Shown piece after piece: positions 1 to 12,379 of a stretch of 64,000 bases of DNA. The stretch comes from Hydrolagus colliei (taxonomy: Eukaryota). Position numbers and translations under genes: made by a program. The stretch spans positions 13,330,001 through 13,394,000 of the forward strand of contig CM068755.1 in the NCBI GenBank assembly GCA_035084275.1. Direction: 5' to 3'. The notes under the pieces are model-generated. The model was not told the origin of the DNA. It made no database searches and saw nothing but the letters and a program-made list of their open reading frames with translations. Within the stretch, counting starts at the first letter, position 1, and each line of letters begins with the position of its first letter.

Positions 1-29
1 AATTCAGGGTCAAACAAGCCCCCCCCCCC

Positions 30-130
30 CACCCCCACTTCCGGGTTCCTGACTGGCTTGGAGTGTGCTTCGTGGATTGCTGAGGCTGCCGATGCCTGAG
101 GTGCGGAGGCGCGGGCACAAGCCAATCAGG
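30..130 (+). promoter_or_regulatory. Candidate LYSMD4 promoter / non-coding first exon
   Basis: CpG-richer segment with ETS-type ACTTCCGG (37-44), a possible donor GAG|GTGCGG at 100/101 and GCCAATCA (121-128). The coding exon at 3713 begins with an acceptor, so an upstream UTR exon must exist; its location is inference. Confidence 0.4.
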
Positions 131-254
131 AAGGCCTGTAGTGGTTGGTTGTACTGCAGATTTGGAGAAGAGAAACTATCCTTCGGATTTCAGCAGCTTG
201 GGACACCATCCCGACGTGAAAGGCGCCACGGAAATGAAATTGGATTGTTGTGGT

Positions 255-520
255 TCGGATGAAATGTCAAACCGAGGTCCCTGTTCAGGTGGACACCGAA
301 GCTCCTACGTCGCTATTCAAAACGTGTAGCAAGTTCCTTTCTCCCACTGTCCTGGTCAGCGAATCCCCAGAATAGAATTGCTCACTCACTCCGAGGCTGT
401 TTTTTGGACCATTGCTGTGTGCAAACTGGCTGCTTGAGATTCACCCACACAACTGTACCGTCAATCCACTTTATAATGAAGCGCTTTGAGACATCTTGAC
501 GATGTGATAAGGTGCTACAG
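255..520 (+). mobile_element. Degenerate Deu SINE body and tail (preceded by an L2-type tail at ~185-250)
   Basis: GGATGAAATGTCAAACCGAGGTCCC...TCAGGTGGAC...TGTCCTGG...GAAGCGCTTTGAGAC. Confidence 0.7.
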
Positions 521-589
521 CTTTGGAACATAAGTTTTCTCTTTAGGGAGGTAGTGATTCTGACTCGGTCTTCCTTTTTCTCATCTCAC

Positions 590-757
590 AGTTGGATCAC
601 AGTGCAAATCATAGAGCCCATTGGATAGATTTCTGTTAGGAAGTAATATTGTGGGATACACGTTTGGTACATGGCATGTACATGTGACTGCCAGGGTGGT
701 GGAAGGTGAACTGGGCAGACTTTGGTCGTCTTTCATCCAGCAGTTCTTATGTTCTTA
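590..757 (+). mobile_element. Decayed CR1-like 3' end
   Basis: TTGGATAGATTTCTG...GGGATA...TTCTTATGTTCTTA terminal microsatellite-like end. Other small CR1-like ends at ~29690-29740(+), 46140-46195(+), 59090-59150(-). Confidence 0.5.
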
Positions 758-2469
758 CATTATTCCTTTGTTGCTGTTTCCGTGAAATTCACCCCACAGG
801 TGAGAAGGGAAATAAAGGGCTTGGCACATGAAGTTTTAGTTTTGGGAGGAACGTTTGGGCTCATTAAGACAGTGGAATGTCTTTTTATCGTTGGTACCCA
901 ATGTCAACATTAAAACAACTCAAGTAGAGCAAAGCAAATTCTTCATTGTGCCCCTGGGTCCAACAACGTATTATGTACCAGTATGATTTTCCCCCCCATT
1001 TCCCACTAGGTATCTATCTTGGTTGGGTATCTGCATTGCGCACTTCCAAACATCACAGAGTGTTGTGCTTCAGACAAGCACCTTGGCTAGCGCACTTCGA
1101 TCAGTAGTTTCAGCTGGGCTACATTACAACAGCTTATTTCCACATAGCAGTATTAGAGGAACATTATGAAAGGTTCTTGAAGTGGCACCAGAGAGAGAAG
1201 CATTTTCCTAATATGTGAATATTATTGCTTGGAACTCAGTCATTGAAAATAGACAATAGCTGTAGCATGTAGTGTGTTTAAGATGACGCTTCTTGGGCAG
1301 CTGAAGATGTATTGCATAATGTAATTACTGTTTCTTGAAATGTCAACCGAGAAAGGTCAACCATGAATTGATGCCACATTTAAGTTAAGGGTCAGCATGG
1401 GATCTCAGTCATACTGTCAACGTCTGACCTACAGTGAAACAGACCCAACTTACACTGAGATGCTGGTGACTATACTGCACTTGCCTTCATTGTTCAACGA
1501 TGCCGCTTTTGCTTGACATCATGAGGGATGTGTGATGGGGGTCACTGGATCTGCAGAGCTTGACGAACTGGAGTTCCAAGTCAACGTGTGGATTGTCAGC
1601 CCACGCAGCACAGCCCACAGCGCTGCTCAGCTTGAGAGGAGATAAGAAAATGATTTCCTCTAGAAAAATGATCCGCGTCAGTCTCCATTCACAGGAAAAA
1701 TGTCCTGCGGCCAGTCACAGGCTTATACCAGTGCATCTGCAAATGACACCCTGAGGCTGGGAGTTGACTGTATGGGAGCGTTAAGGGAGTGCGTGCAATT
1801 CACTCCTCCTTACATGTTTATACTAGATCGAGTGTGATTGTGGCTGTATTGGGCTACTCCAGCGGGTCCCGAAGAGCAAGTGGGTGATGAAACTGCGCAT
1901 GCGTGTACTGTATTTCACCTGGATCTTGGGAAGATCATTGGAAACGGACCTCATCGGAACTTAACCTCTTTCACAGATTGGAGAGACAGTGCGTTCATTT
2001 TCCGGGGTCCGAGCTCATGTCCTCTCAAATATTTTCTTAAAAGCGAAGGCTTGCGTAACCGCCCTACAATAGGTGTTTTGCTTTATGGTGCAGCTAGAGC
2101 TATTCTTGATCACCAGAGGTAATGAATTTGTTTGCTTAATCCACATAAGAAGATTTGCTGAGATGGAGCGTGTTCAGCAGCTAATAAACTGCTCTTTGCA
2201 AGTCCCTCAGCTAGCTCAATGTGTGCATTGTGATAGAAATTAAAGTAAGGTTCACACAGCTGGACTGCACAGCCAGTGTTTGCAGCTAGGATTTATTTTG
2301 ATGGGAGAATTGTTCAAGGTCCGGAGAGGATACTGTTACCAACTGGAACCATGCAAAATCGGAATAAACTAACTTAACTCTACCATCTGCTATTAGTGAA
2401 CATCTGATTGTAAGCCATGTTTTTGTCCCACCTGAAATAAGCTGCTAATAGCATATGTTTTCTTCCATT

Positions 2470-2581
2470 TTGCCCACAAATATACAGTCAATTCACTTTA
2501 CAGTATATTCTGTGAATCGCTTTGAGACGTTGATAAGATGTGAAAAGCGCTATATCAAATGCAAGGATTATTATTATTATT
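2470..2581 (+). mobile_element. SINE 3' tail module (~110 bp) ending in (ATT)n
   Basis: GCCCACAAATATACAGTCAATTCACTTTACAG...GTGAAAAGCGCTATATCAAATGCAAGGATTATT. Related copies at ~3512-3624(-), 25905-26012(+), 27676-27790(-), 31885-32060(-), 42690-42791(+), 50145-50235(+), 53930-54036(+), 60220-60315(+). Confidence 0.85.
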
Positions 2582-3511
2582 CATTTCGTCAATTTCTAAG
2601 TTCCATCGTTTGGGCTCTGTATCTTTGGACTCCGGTTTAGAAGGTGATGGAATCAAGCTCCAAGTTGAGACTTGACGATAAACTGGCTTTTCCTGTATTG
2701 ACTTTTGGATAAGCCATTGAACCAAGTTGTCCACCCTTTTTATTTGGCTGTACAGTACCTAGTTCACTTCCGTGATTTATAGATAACTGGGAAGGGAAAC
2801 CCTTTAAAATGCTCATTACCTCACAAAGCAAGAAAACATTTTCACCTAAACATCTTGTTCTGCCATTGAGCGCTGAAGTTAATTGAAGTAAAAAATTATT
2901 TGACAAAGATGTAATCTAATCTCTGGGTTTAGCTAATTATTAATGCAAGGTAGGGCATTCAGCTTGAATAATATTTGCTTTTTAATTACACATGACGTTT
3001 GTAGGTTGTAAAGCATTGTACAGTATTGCATATTTAAGGTAATCCCACCTATTTGGCAGGAGCATGGGTGTCATGACCATATTTCTAGGTCTCGAGCACA
3101 CAGTGGCAAGATAATTTGCAGCCAAAGTATTAATAATTCAGCTGTATTCATTAACAAGTTATATATTAGCATGGAAATAGCTTTTCTAGGTTTTCTAACT
3201 GTTCTGGCAATTTCTTCCTAATCCTGGAACACAATAAGAGGAATATGCAATATTTGATCGATATTTCCTAAACCTGCTGTTACAGTTGTTTGTTTGAGTG
3301 CTGAATGTTTCCAGCATCAAGTAACTTGTCATCCAAAGCTTAAACAGTCCACATTGCCTGCCTCATTATATGTCTTCATAGGATCTACAGTACTTTGAAT
3401 TGACCAGATTTGCCTTTAAAGTAAAGGATAAAAACAGAGAATCAAATGTTTCTGTTTGTCTGTGCTGGGACTGATTTACAGTGAGCTCCACAAGCTTAGT
3501 AACCTCATCGG

Positions 3512-3624
3512 ATAATAATAATAATCCTTGCATTTGATATAGCGCTTTTCACGTCTTCTAGACGTCTCAATGCGCTTCACAGAATATACTGTAAAGTAAA
3601 TTGACTGTATATTTGTGGGCGAAA
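3512..3624 (-). mobile_element. SINE 3' tail module, inverted relative to 2470-2581
   Basis: Reverse complement differs from the 2470 copy at about 7 of 110 positions (hand alignment). Confidence 0.85.
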
Positions 3625-3723
3625 TATACAAATGATTGGTGTTCCTTGTCATTTTAGAATAACAATCTGCTTCCCCCTGAACAAATACTATGTGTTTCTT
3701 TCTCTACGTCAGGTCTCAGTAGC

Positions 3724-3999
3724 ATGATGAGACTGCGGGATGGGCAGAGAAGATCCTTCCAGGCTCCCGTGGATGTCCACACTGCCCAGGACGGTCACAC
3801 ATATTTATTTGGAATCGAACAAGGGGCATCGGAGGAGTCATCTAACGAAGATCAGGAGAATATTGAACTACGGCCCCGAGTCCGAGAGTGTCAATGGGCC
3901 AACGCCAACGGGGAGAAGGGTGATTGTATGGTGCTGCTTGTACGAGAGGTGGTGGATGGGGACAACCTGAATAAGTTGGCTTTGCAATATGGCTGTACA
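3724..3999 (+). CDS. LYSMD4: LYSMD4 first coding exon (92 codons; N-terminus and first half of LysM domain)
   Basis: Acceptor tttctttctctacgtcAG at 3711-3712, ATG 3724, donor ACA|GTAAGT at 3999/4000 (phase 0). Peptide ...IELRPR...VLLVREVVDGDNLNKLALQYGCT matches the vertebrate LYSMD4 N-terminus; gene is tail-to-tail with MEF2A as in mammals. Confidence 0.93.
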
Positions 4000-5084
4000 G
4001 TAAGTACAGGTCAATTGAGACTGCCTGATCTGGTTACAGGCAGCAGAGTTAATATCTCCCTTGGCCGCAAGGCAGCAGCACAGCTTCCTTGAGAAAGTAC
4101 TGTTACACATTGGTGCCAAACAACCTTTGCCATCTACTGTGTAATTGGTGGTTTGTGAACAAATTCCGAGTGAAATGTACTAAGAGACTGCTCTGTACTC
4201 CTTTGACATCAATTTATTAATCCCACTAGAAGATAACCGTATTGTTAGGTCGAGTGTTATTATGCCACGTTTGAGACACATGTTTAAAGCAATAATTCAT
4301 ACAGGGAGGACCAAGGGTTAACCATTACTTAAAGCTCTAGTGTCCTTAAAAGTAGTGTGTCCAGTAGTTTAACAGAAGTTCTCTGGTCTAAAATGATAAT
4401 CCAAAGGTGCCTGAGCTGGTAAGGTAAGTTATATCTGAGTATTGCTATGTAATAGTTACTGACCAGGGCATATCCAGAGCCTTAGGAGTCCTCCCTAAGT
4501 GAAAGGTGCTATAATAATGTAATTTTGTTATTGTTGTTGTAGATGCCCCCTTGATTACTTGGTGGCATTTGCTCAATTGCAAATGAATAGGCGATTGAAA
4601 GCTTCATAAACAGCTCCAGTCGGTGCGCGAAAGAGTAAATTTGTTTGAACATGTATTATCAAATTTGTGTTTGGGAGTAAAACGCTGAAACCATCAGTGA
4701 ATTGCTGAATACCTGGAGTTTCGGAAGCTGAGAATGACCCACTTGTGACTGTCATTCACAAGTCGGCTTTAGTCACAGAGACATGTAGCCGATCTTGGCA
4801 GTGTCAGTTACTTATCTCAAACAGCACAGCTGCTTTGCTAAGCTGGAGCTGTTTTTTTTTAAAAAAATATTTCCATCCCCTCCCTCACCCTCTCACTCTC
4901 CAACTTTAAAGCCTGTCTTAAGACCTTCCTTTTCCTCTGTGCTAATTGACTAACCTTTGTCAGCTCTGTGAAGCACTTTGAAACATCCTTTGGATGTGAA
5001 ATCGATTTACGATTTAAATGTAAAATTGTTGCTGTAACGCTTGCGGTGGCCCGGAGCTGATATTAAATATGTCGTGTTTAACAG

Positions 5085-5594
5085 GTAGCTGACCTTAAAC
5101 GAGTGAACAACCTAATCCGAGAACAAGATTTTTTCGCCTTAAAATCCATAAAAATTCCCATAAAAAAGCACAGCCTGTTGTCTGAAGGAAACGAGGAGGC
5201 AAAATGCCGACACACTACAACGAGAGAAAGCTCAGACTGTTTGGAGACATTTGCAACAGATGACTCAGAAATGGCCTTTAATGAATATTTTAAGGAAATG
5301 GACAAAGACTTCGAGAAGATCATCCAGTCCACTGACAATTTGGAAGAGGTGATTTATCCTAAAGCGGCCAACACATTGCTTCCCAGTCCAGCCTCTGCGA
5401 AAGAGCGACATCATGGAGCGGACTGGGGAATCGGATGGTGGAATGCAGTGGTAATAATGCTTCTAGTGGGTATTATCCTTCCGGTATTTTATGTGGTTTA
5501 CTACAAAATGCAAGAGACTGATGATCCTGAGAATCCACCGACTTTACCAGCGACTAACAAATGGCAAAACACCAGCTTCGCAACTCCAGCATAA
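5085..5594 (+). CDS. LYSMD4: LYSMD4 last coding exon (rest of LysM domain and transmembrane helix); total protein 261 aa
   Basis: Acceptor gtgtttaacAG 5083-5084, in frame with the previous exon: VADLKRVNNLIREQDFFALKSIKIP...GADWGIGWWNAVVIMLLVGIILPVFYVVYY...; stop TAA 5592-5594. Confidence 0.93.
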   Translation, partial: VADLKRVNNLIREQDFFALKSIKIPIKKHSLLSEGNEEAKCRHTTTRESSDCLETFATDDSEMAFNEYFKEMDKDFEKIIQSTDNLEEVIYPKAANTLLPSPASAKERHHGADWGIGWWNAVVIMLLVGIILPVFYVVYYKMQETDDPENPPTLPATNKWQNTSFATPA

Positions 5595-6324
5595 TTGATC
5601 GCAAAAATACATTAGAAGCGATGACTGGCGATGGGTCGAAAAGTCGTGTGTCGTTTGGTATTGAACTTAATTTTCTTACTTGGTTAATGGCAATACAATT
5701 GGTTGAAACACTGAAAAGAGTCGATCGTAGATGGGTACGGATTCCCTGGATCAGTCCTAGATATTCCAGTGCTAGACCTTCAGGGAATGTTTCACACAAG
5801 TCTACCTACTGCAGTCTGTCAAAAGAAGATTGATCCGGTTTTCATCATAGTTTTTTACAATACTAGTGCAGAACTAAAGTTGTAGTTTATTTTTAAAAAT
5901 TCAGTTCCTTTGATCCAATTTATCAGCAGCCAATTCAGTGGTTGCTTAACAGCTTTCCATCGTTAAATATGACTGTTGTCATAGTTGAAGCGCTCTGAGA
6001 CGCCGTCCGGCGTGGAGGACGCCATATAAATCGAAGTTGTTGTTGTCAAATTTTGGCTCTGAGCATTCATGATACTGTACAAAGCAAGGACTAATCCAAC
6101 AAAGTGCAGTTGATTTAGTAAAAAGGATCAGTGCTCGAACATACTCTGGGACTTATTATAAAGTATTTGACAAATGAATGCAGAATTACTCTAATTTCAC
6201 TTTTGTCTGACATTGGATCTCATATAATACAGTAATTAATACCTGCAGTTTTATACGTACAATTTTCCTTCTTTCAAAACTTTGAACACATTTTGTGACA
6301 TATCAACGAGATTTCAGTGTTTTA

Positions 6325-6330
6325 AATAAA
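6325..6330 (+). terminator. Candidate LYSMD4 polyadenylation signal
   Basis: First AATAAA I noticed after the stop; a further cluster lies at 8945-9212. Usage cannot be determined from sequence. Confidence 0.35.
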
Positions 6331-9300
6331 ATGAAAGATCGCATGACATTTGCACTGTCACTCACAGGACTTAAAACTAATGTTAAAATTTCATGTAATA
6401 GTTTTATTTTTTTAGAAATCAGTACTCCAACCTGTGCAAAAAAAAATTGGGTGATTGGCCCATCTTAGTATTAAATGTTTATTTTCTGATACTGGTCAAT
6501 AACCTTTTGATTCAAAGCTATTTCAGCAAATGTTTGTGGTGTGTGACAAAAAAATAATCGAGTTCTGTAGCTTTAGTTAGCAGCTATGAGATTTCAAACT
6601 GTTATGGGAAATGACCTATGATTTTGAAAGGGATAACCAGCCAATAACTAACCTGAAATGTTCAGGTAACCAACTAGGTGTCAAAAGTGGTTGCCAATGG
6701 TGAACCACAAGTGAAGAATTAAGATAGTATATAGGGTGTTTCAGAGAGAATTCAGCCACTTGTTCACAAAGTGATTTATTGCATACTTTATCATTGCTCC
6801 TTAATTGGTTCAGCAGTCATCATACATCCACATTGTTACCTGGATTTTCTTTTAACAAAATACAGCTCTTGCATTAAATTCATCTGTTGAAGAAAGTCTG
6901 TTGAGTTATTGAAGCTGTCGGATAGATATACTACGGTTCAGTTCCTGAACATTGACGATTTCAGTCTTTTCTTTCCATACTTTCAACAGGGGAACTTTCA
7001 ACCCTGTTACAATCCTAAATGTTTACTAAAATGTTGACTACAAAAGTAAGGTTTTTTTATTTGCATTGATGAATTGTAGTTTGAAGTTTTAAAACTATTC
7101 ACAGTGCAACCATTGCACTGGATGTGCACTTACCTGTTGAATCAAGTTGGAACACACATCACAGGAAGATTTACACAGCAAGTGCAACATCACCAGCAAC
7201 CGTGTGATGTCCTTGAGAATGCCCAAACTGTAAGCGCTGATACCTAAATTATTACTGATCAACACAGTGTTTAGAGCGTTGCTCAAGTGTTTCATCAGGT
7301 AACAATGCCCCTGTAATTGTTTGGTGTTTAAAAATAATGCATCTCAAACTGAATTTCACGATAATAATACTTACATTTGTAAAATGTGCTGTGTAAACGA
7401 CGCTCCCAAGGTGGCTGTTCACCAATCTTTTCAACACATATTCGCCTACCTTAGCTTGGTTCACACCCTGTCAGTATTTACCAACTAGTAAAAACTTGAA
7501 TTAAAATTACTTCACACAGAACTGTCAACGTTGATCAATGCGAGTTCTTTGTTTTGATCGGTACAGCCTAAACATTAATCTGCTGAGATGTTTGTGAAGT
7601 GATGTAGAATTGCCTCCATCTTGCATTAAAATGTTGAAAGTTAGGACAGTCAGACTTGAAGGCAGACTCAGAATGAGTATCTCATCATGTATGTAACCAA
7701 ACAAATTAGCTCAAATAATTCTTTGCAATGGAAATTGTTCAGAATGTATTTCATATTATGGCACTGAATCCATTACTGAATTTAATGTCTGAACGCTTGG
7801 TATGGAAACCCAGAAATATATTTCAAACAGTTTTCTCCAGAGTTGCTTAATCCAAGGATATTTACGGATGCAGTTTGTTTTGACAACCAACATCCAAACT
7901 AAATAACAAGTAACGAAGCCACAAATGCGTGCTAGCTGGTTAGATTATTGCTTAAAACTTGTGAATGTTTGAATCTGTTGGAAAAGTTTAGTTCAGATTT
8001 TTCTATTTGTGATCCAGAAGGCTGGTTTGTGGAAGGTTACACCCTCCAGGATTGTTGACCAGTTTCAGTAGAGCTAGGGTTGGACATTTTCACTACTGCC
8101 ATTTAAACCTCAGGTTGTCCCTGACATCTCATCTCAAAATGTCTGAATCCTTTACCTATTAATGTGGACATTTGCTTGTTGTTTTGTTCTCTCAGGGGAT
8201 GCTATTTGCTTCAGAATTTATATTGCTGATGCTGTCAGCTTCGCTGTTTAGTTTTACTTTCCTTTAGCTGGCAGTACTAATTTGGCTTCAGATTACAGTG
8301 TCCACTTTATTGATGTGTCTGATTCCACCCAGCTCTGATCTTTTCAGATTGCATTCCACGCTAATGTTTTGGGCAGGTTTCCAGGCCATCAGAGTTAGTG
8401 AATTCATATTGAGGTGTGATTCTTCCCGTAATCTATCCCGAGCAGCAATCCCACTTCTGATTCAGAAGGTCTTGGGTTCAAGACATCAGTAATTTTGTGC
8501 AAAGCACTTCGAGATGCTTCTAAGTTATAAGGTCTCACTTAAGCAGAGTTAACGGATCTTGCTGGCAATCATAGAGAAATATGTTGTTGACCAAGGCATT
8601 GTGCACCTTTAATGTGGTGGTTAAACAGATGTGGGGGATTGGTATCACACAGCTCCTGGAAGCTTTCCAAAGTGGGCGCTGGTTTAAAAAGAAATTTGAA
8701 ACATAATGTTCTGCTACTTTCTTAGATATTAGAGCCTCAAGCTGATCGCATAACATATGCATCCGAATAATTGGATCTGATAAAAAAAAGTGTCAGTATC
8801 ACAATGCTGAAATTCAAGTACTGTTAATTATGGGGTGATGTTGCTGAATGTTTCATTCCATGTTTCCAATAATCCTTTATATGGTACTCTTGGGGTCAAA
8901 CTGCTCAGTTATAGTGACAAGAAATGCTATTTAAAAATTGCCTTAATAAATTCAGTGGCATTATCAACGCCTACTAAAACTGCTGAAAATTCATCAAGCT
9001 AAAGATCGAATGAGTGACCTGTACAACCCAGACGTTTTTATTAAGCGGTACATCTGTAACTTATTAATAAAGCCTCTTTCTGTAATAAATGAGCCACTGG
9101 ATTTCTTCAGCTCGCTGATGGAATTTTGCCCATTTGTTGTTATTCTGCTTTGAGATACAAGTGAATTACATTTAAATTAATTTGTGTTCTGAACTCAGTT
9201 TGGAGCAATAAATATCCTTCCCCCTCCCCGAACAGCACTGTTCTCTGCAAATTTGCTGCTGCAACAGTCAACAGCATTTGGGGGGCCTAGGTCTACCCTA

Positions 9301-9559
9301 TGTACCATGTCTCTCTCTGTCTCACACCATGCAGACAAGGTCACGTAACTCTTACACAGTCAAGCCAGGTGATTTTGAACCCCATTATCTTCGTGGGAGA
9401 AAAGGGGCAACTTACCATTGGATTACGTAAATGAAAATGACAGCCGAAAAAAGGCCCTACAAATGGCTAGAAGATCGTAGCACATACAGAACGGACAGAA
9501 TTTATCCCCACTGCCACCTACCTTTGTTTTGTCTCAGAGATGATGGTTCTACCACATGT

Positions 9560-9835
9560 TGCCACTATCAGCGGGTGAGCCTTCAGACGCTCTGTCCCCA
9601 ACCTCTGGAACTCCATCTCACAATCCCTTTGCCTCGCCCCCTCCCTAGCCTCCTTCAAGTCCTGCCTCAAGACTCTCCTCTTCAACGGTCCCATCGGTCA
9701 CCTCAAATCCCCTCCTTTCCCTCCACCCTCCTCCCCATCCCGGGTCTGAAACAATGACTGTCCAGCGCCTTGGGACACCCTCCTGACGTGAAAAGCGCTA
9801 TACAAGTGTCAATTTCTTGTTGTTGTTGCTGCTGC
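9560..9835 (+). mobile_element. L2-clade LINE 3' fragment
   Basis: Decayed ORF2 end (AF...P.LWNS...FKS.LKT.LF) followed by CAGCGCCTTGGGAC...GTGAAAAGCGCTATACAAG and (TTG)n. Shorter tails at ~4870-5035, 5985-6047, 32665-32728, 36790-36858, 38265-38316, 43427-43465. Confidence 0.8.
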
Positions 9836-10675
9836 TGTAGATCAGGATGCAGAAGACATCAATGGTTGCAGTATTATGAGTAACAGAAGCAATATCAGCC
9901 AATAGCGGTGAAGAAACAAAGATGATTTATTTGGGAAGACAATCAGAATTGTACACGAGAGGACGTAAGGTTGAGAAATCCTACTTTGTGAATTGGATTC
10001 AACAGAGCTGGAGTGATGCTAACATGAATGTTTTTCCAAAATGCTAAGAGGAGCTAAGAGCACTTGGTGAAACACTCCACGGCAGCTCACTGTCAAAGAA
10101 GTCATTCCACCGAGTTACCTCTTCCTAGAACAACATGTGGTGGCGAGCTGGTGAGAAGTGGAGATTATGCGCGACTAGCGATCGTGTGCAAGGTGGCAAA
10201 TGAAAGGGAAAAAAGACACGCAGTGAATTTGAAATGCTGCATTTCACAAAACCGGAAATAGGGGGAACATTAATCGACAGCTGTGTTGAGTGTTGACTGA
10301 AAATTAAGCGCAGGTCACATTATTATTCCGTGCCACATGCCACACGTTTTACATCAAAGTTGAGAGGGTGTTGCAAAAGCGTACGCCGCTTCCCGCTTTC
10401 TCTACCAAGGCTTCGCGTTTTCAGCCTCGATATACATCTTTTTTTTAAATGGATTTAGCCCTGCAGGAGGTTCAAGATCAAGTCACGACACGTTTGTTGC
10501 TTCAACTCAGTATCTGTGAAGGTGGCGGTTCAATTTGGCCGGCAGCCTATTGGGAGAAGCACACTGGAGGCATTTCACTTCAACGGGAAGGAAAACGCAA
10601 CAATGAACAGCTTACAGTGCTTGAAGCAAACCTCCCGCTACTAAGTGGTAGCAGCCATGAATAGTACCATAGCTT

Positions 10676-10698
10676 ACACACACACACACACACACACA
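10676..10698. repeat. (CA)n microsatellite
   Basis: Direct reading. Confidence 0.9.
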
Positions 10699-11049
10699 AT
10701 CACACCTCTCAGCTAAGAGTGGATGCGTGTAGAGCAAAAATGCTCATAAAATTGCAGTCGTGCAAATTGATTGCAGGTTTCAAATAAACTGCGCAAAGCC
10801 TAATGGCACAAGACAAACCTAGGCAGTAGCCCAAGCTTCAAGCAGAATGTGTTTTTTTCCCCTCAATTGTAAACTGATGGTTCGCCCAGTTTTTAACTCC
10901 TATAGCCTTCGTCCTTTGCTCAATTCGCAAACCCGGTCCCATATTTGAGCTAACACCATGCTGTCTGCGAGTAGTTGTTTTTGAAAGAGTGACAAAGATA
11001 GTGACTTGCATTATCAATTATCTGCCATTTTCCAAGAAAAATTATGCTG

Positions 11050-11463
11050 ATAATAATAATAATGCTTGCATTTGATGCAGCACCTTACGGCATTGGTTTA
11101 ACATCTCAAACCGCTTCACTGCAAAGTGTGGTGACTGTGCATTTATAGGCAAACGTGGCAAGTCAGTTTGCACAATGCCATGTCCCACAAACAGCCATGA
11201 AGTGAACGATCAAATTTAAGTGGGGATTCTTGGCCATGACACTGGGAGACACTCACCCGATTCTCTTTTCAAATTGTGTAACAGGTAACGTCTACCTGAA
11301 CAGTTCAACGTCTCGTCCGAAGATCAGCCGCTCTTGACAATACAGCGCTCCTTCAGCATCACATTTGAATGTCAGCCTAGAATACAAGCTCAAAGTCCCA
11401 CTGTGGGGCTTGAACCCACAAACTTCTGATTCAAGAGAGCTCCCAACTGAGCCGGGCTAACTC
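11050..11463 (-). mobile_element. Near full-length tRNA-derived Deu-domain SINE in the intergenic region
   Basis: A box (CGGCTCAGTTGG, 11443-11454), B box (GGTTCAAGCC, 11407-11416), central Deu-like body, L2-like tail ending in (ATT)n. Confidence 0.8.
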
Positions 11464-12379
11464 CCACGCAGGTGTTAAATGTTGATGTTGCCAATGTGTT
11501 GCATCACTGGTTCATCTACTGCCAAGGTGTTCACAAATAATAAGTTTAATAATGAGCCATAAGCAACTTCACTGATTAAAAAGTTTACGACCAATAACTG
11601 ACATGAAGTCTCATTACACAGTAAAAGCCAATATCTTTACTTAAGTGAGTGCAGGGTACAAATTTTTACAACAATCTCTAGCATAATTGTAATCATCTGA
11701 TTAAAAAGTTCACGATCTTTGTAATAATGAAGAAAAACAAACACATTGAGGGAAATTGCAGGTTAACTTAAGAAGTCTCATCAACATTTGTTTCATTGAT
11801 GGCAACAAAGTCCAGCTTGTGCTGCCAGCGGGCTTCGTTTAAACCGTGAACAGCTTTCTTGTAACAATTACCAAATACATTTTTCTAAAAAAAACATTAA
11901 ATAGTTTGCAAAGCACTGTCTCACACAGCCAAGTGTAAAAAAAATCTGTGCAAAGAAAACGTTGTATTCCCTTTCTCTTTGAATACTTTGTTTACTTTCC
12001 CATAAACGATGCCCAGAGACGGGAAGTTTGCATTCTTATTTACTCACTCTCTCGTGTGCAGATCACCATTACATTTACAACTGCGGACGAACAGGCAGTG
12101 TACGTGATTACCTTTATGCAACAGCATCACTATACTAAATGAGAAGCTGAACTTAACCCATCATACAGCGTTCAATTTCCAAATCAAGAGAGGTTAGACA
12201 ACAGAAATAGATTTGTAGGCTGATAGAGATGGCGTAAAGAGAGCGATGTGCAATTTCAACCACATTCGTGCCATATAGTCTCTCATTCATTCGAATGGCT
12301 ATTTCACCGGAATCACAAAAAGTGTATTGGACTTTTATACTTGCAGGTGAAGTGACACAATTCACGGTTACCAATAAAA

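Noticed and set aside
3724-4092. 122-aa ORF as a complete protein
   Set aside because: It is LYSMD4 exon sequence reading through a consensus donor at 4000 into the intron; the LysM domain is completed only by splicing to 5085.
5554-5833. Overlapping 81-90 aa ORFs at the LYSMD4 stop
   Set aside because: 3' UTR sequence with no recognisable homology; lengths are compatible with chance.
11400-11463. tRNA gene (A/B boxes; also ~24470, ~41910, ~53780)
   Set aside because: No cloverleaf; these are SINE heads continuous with the Deu body.
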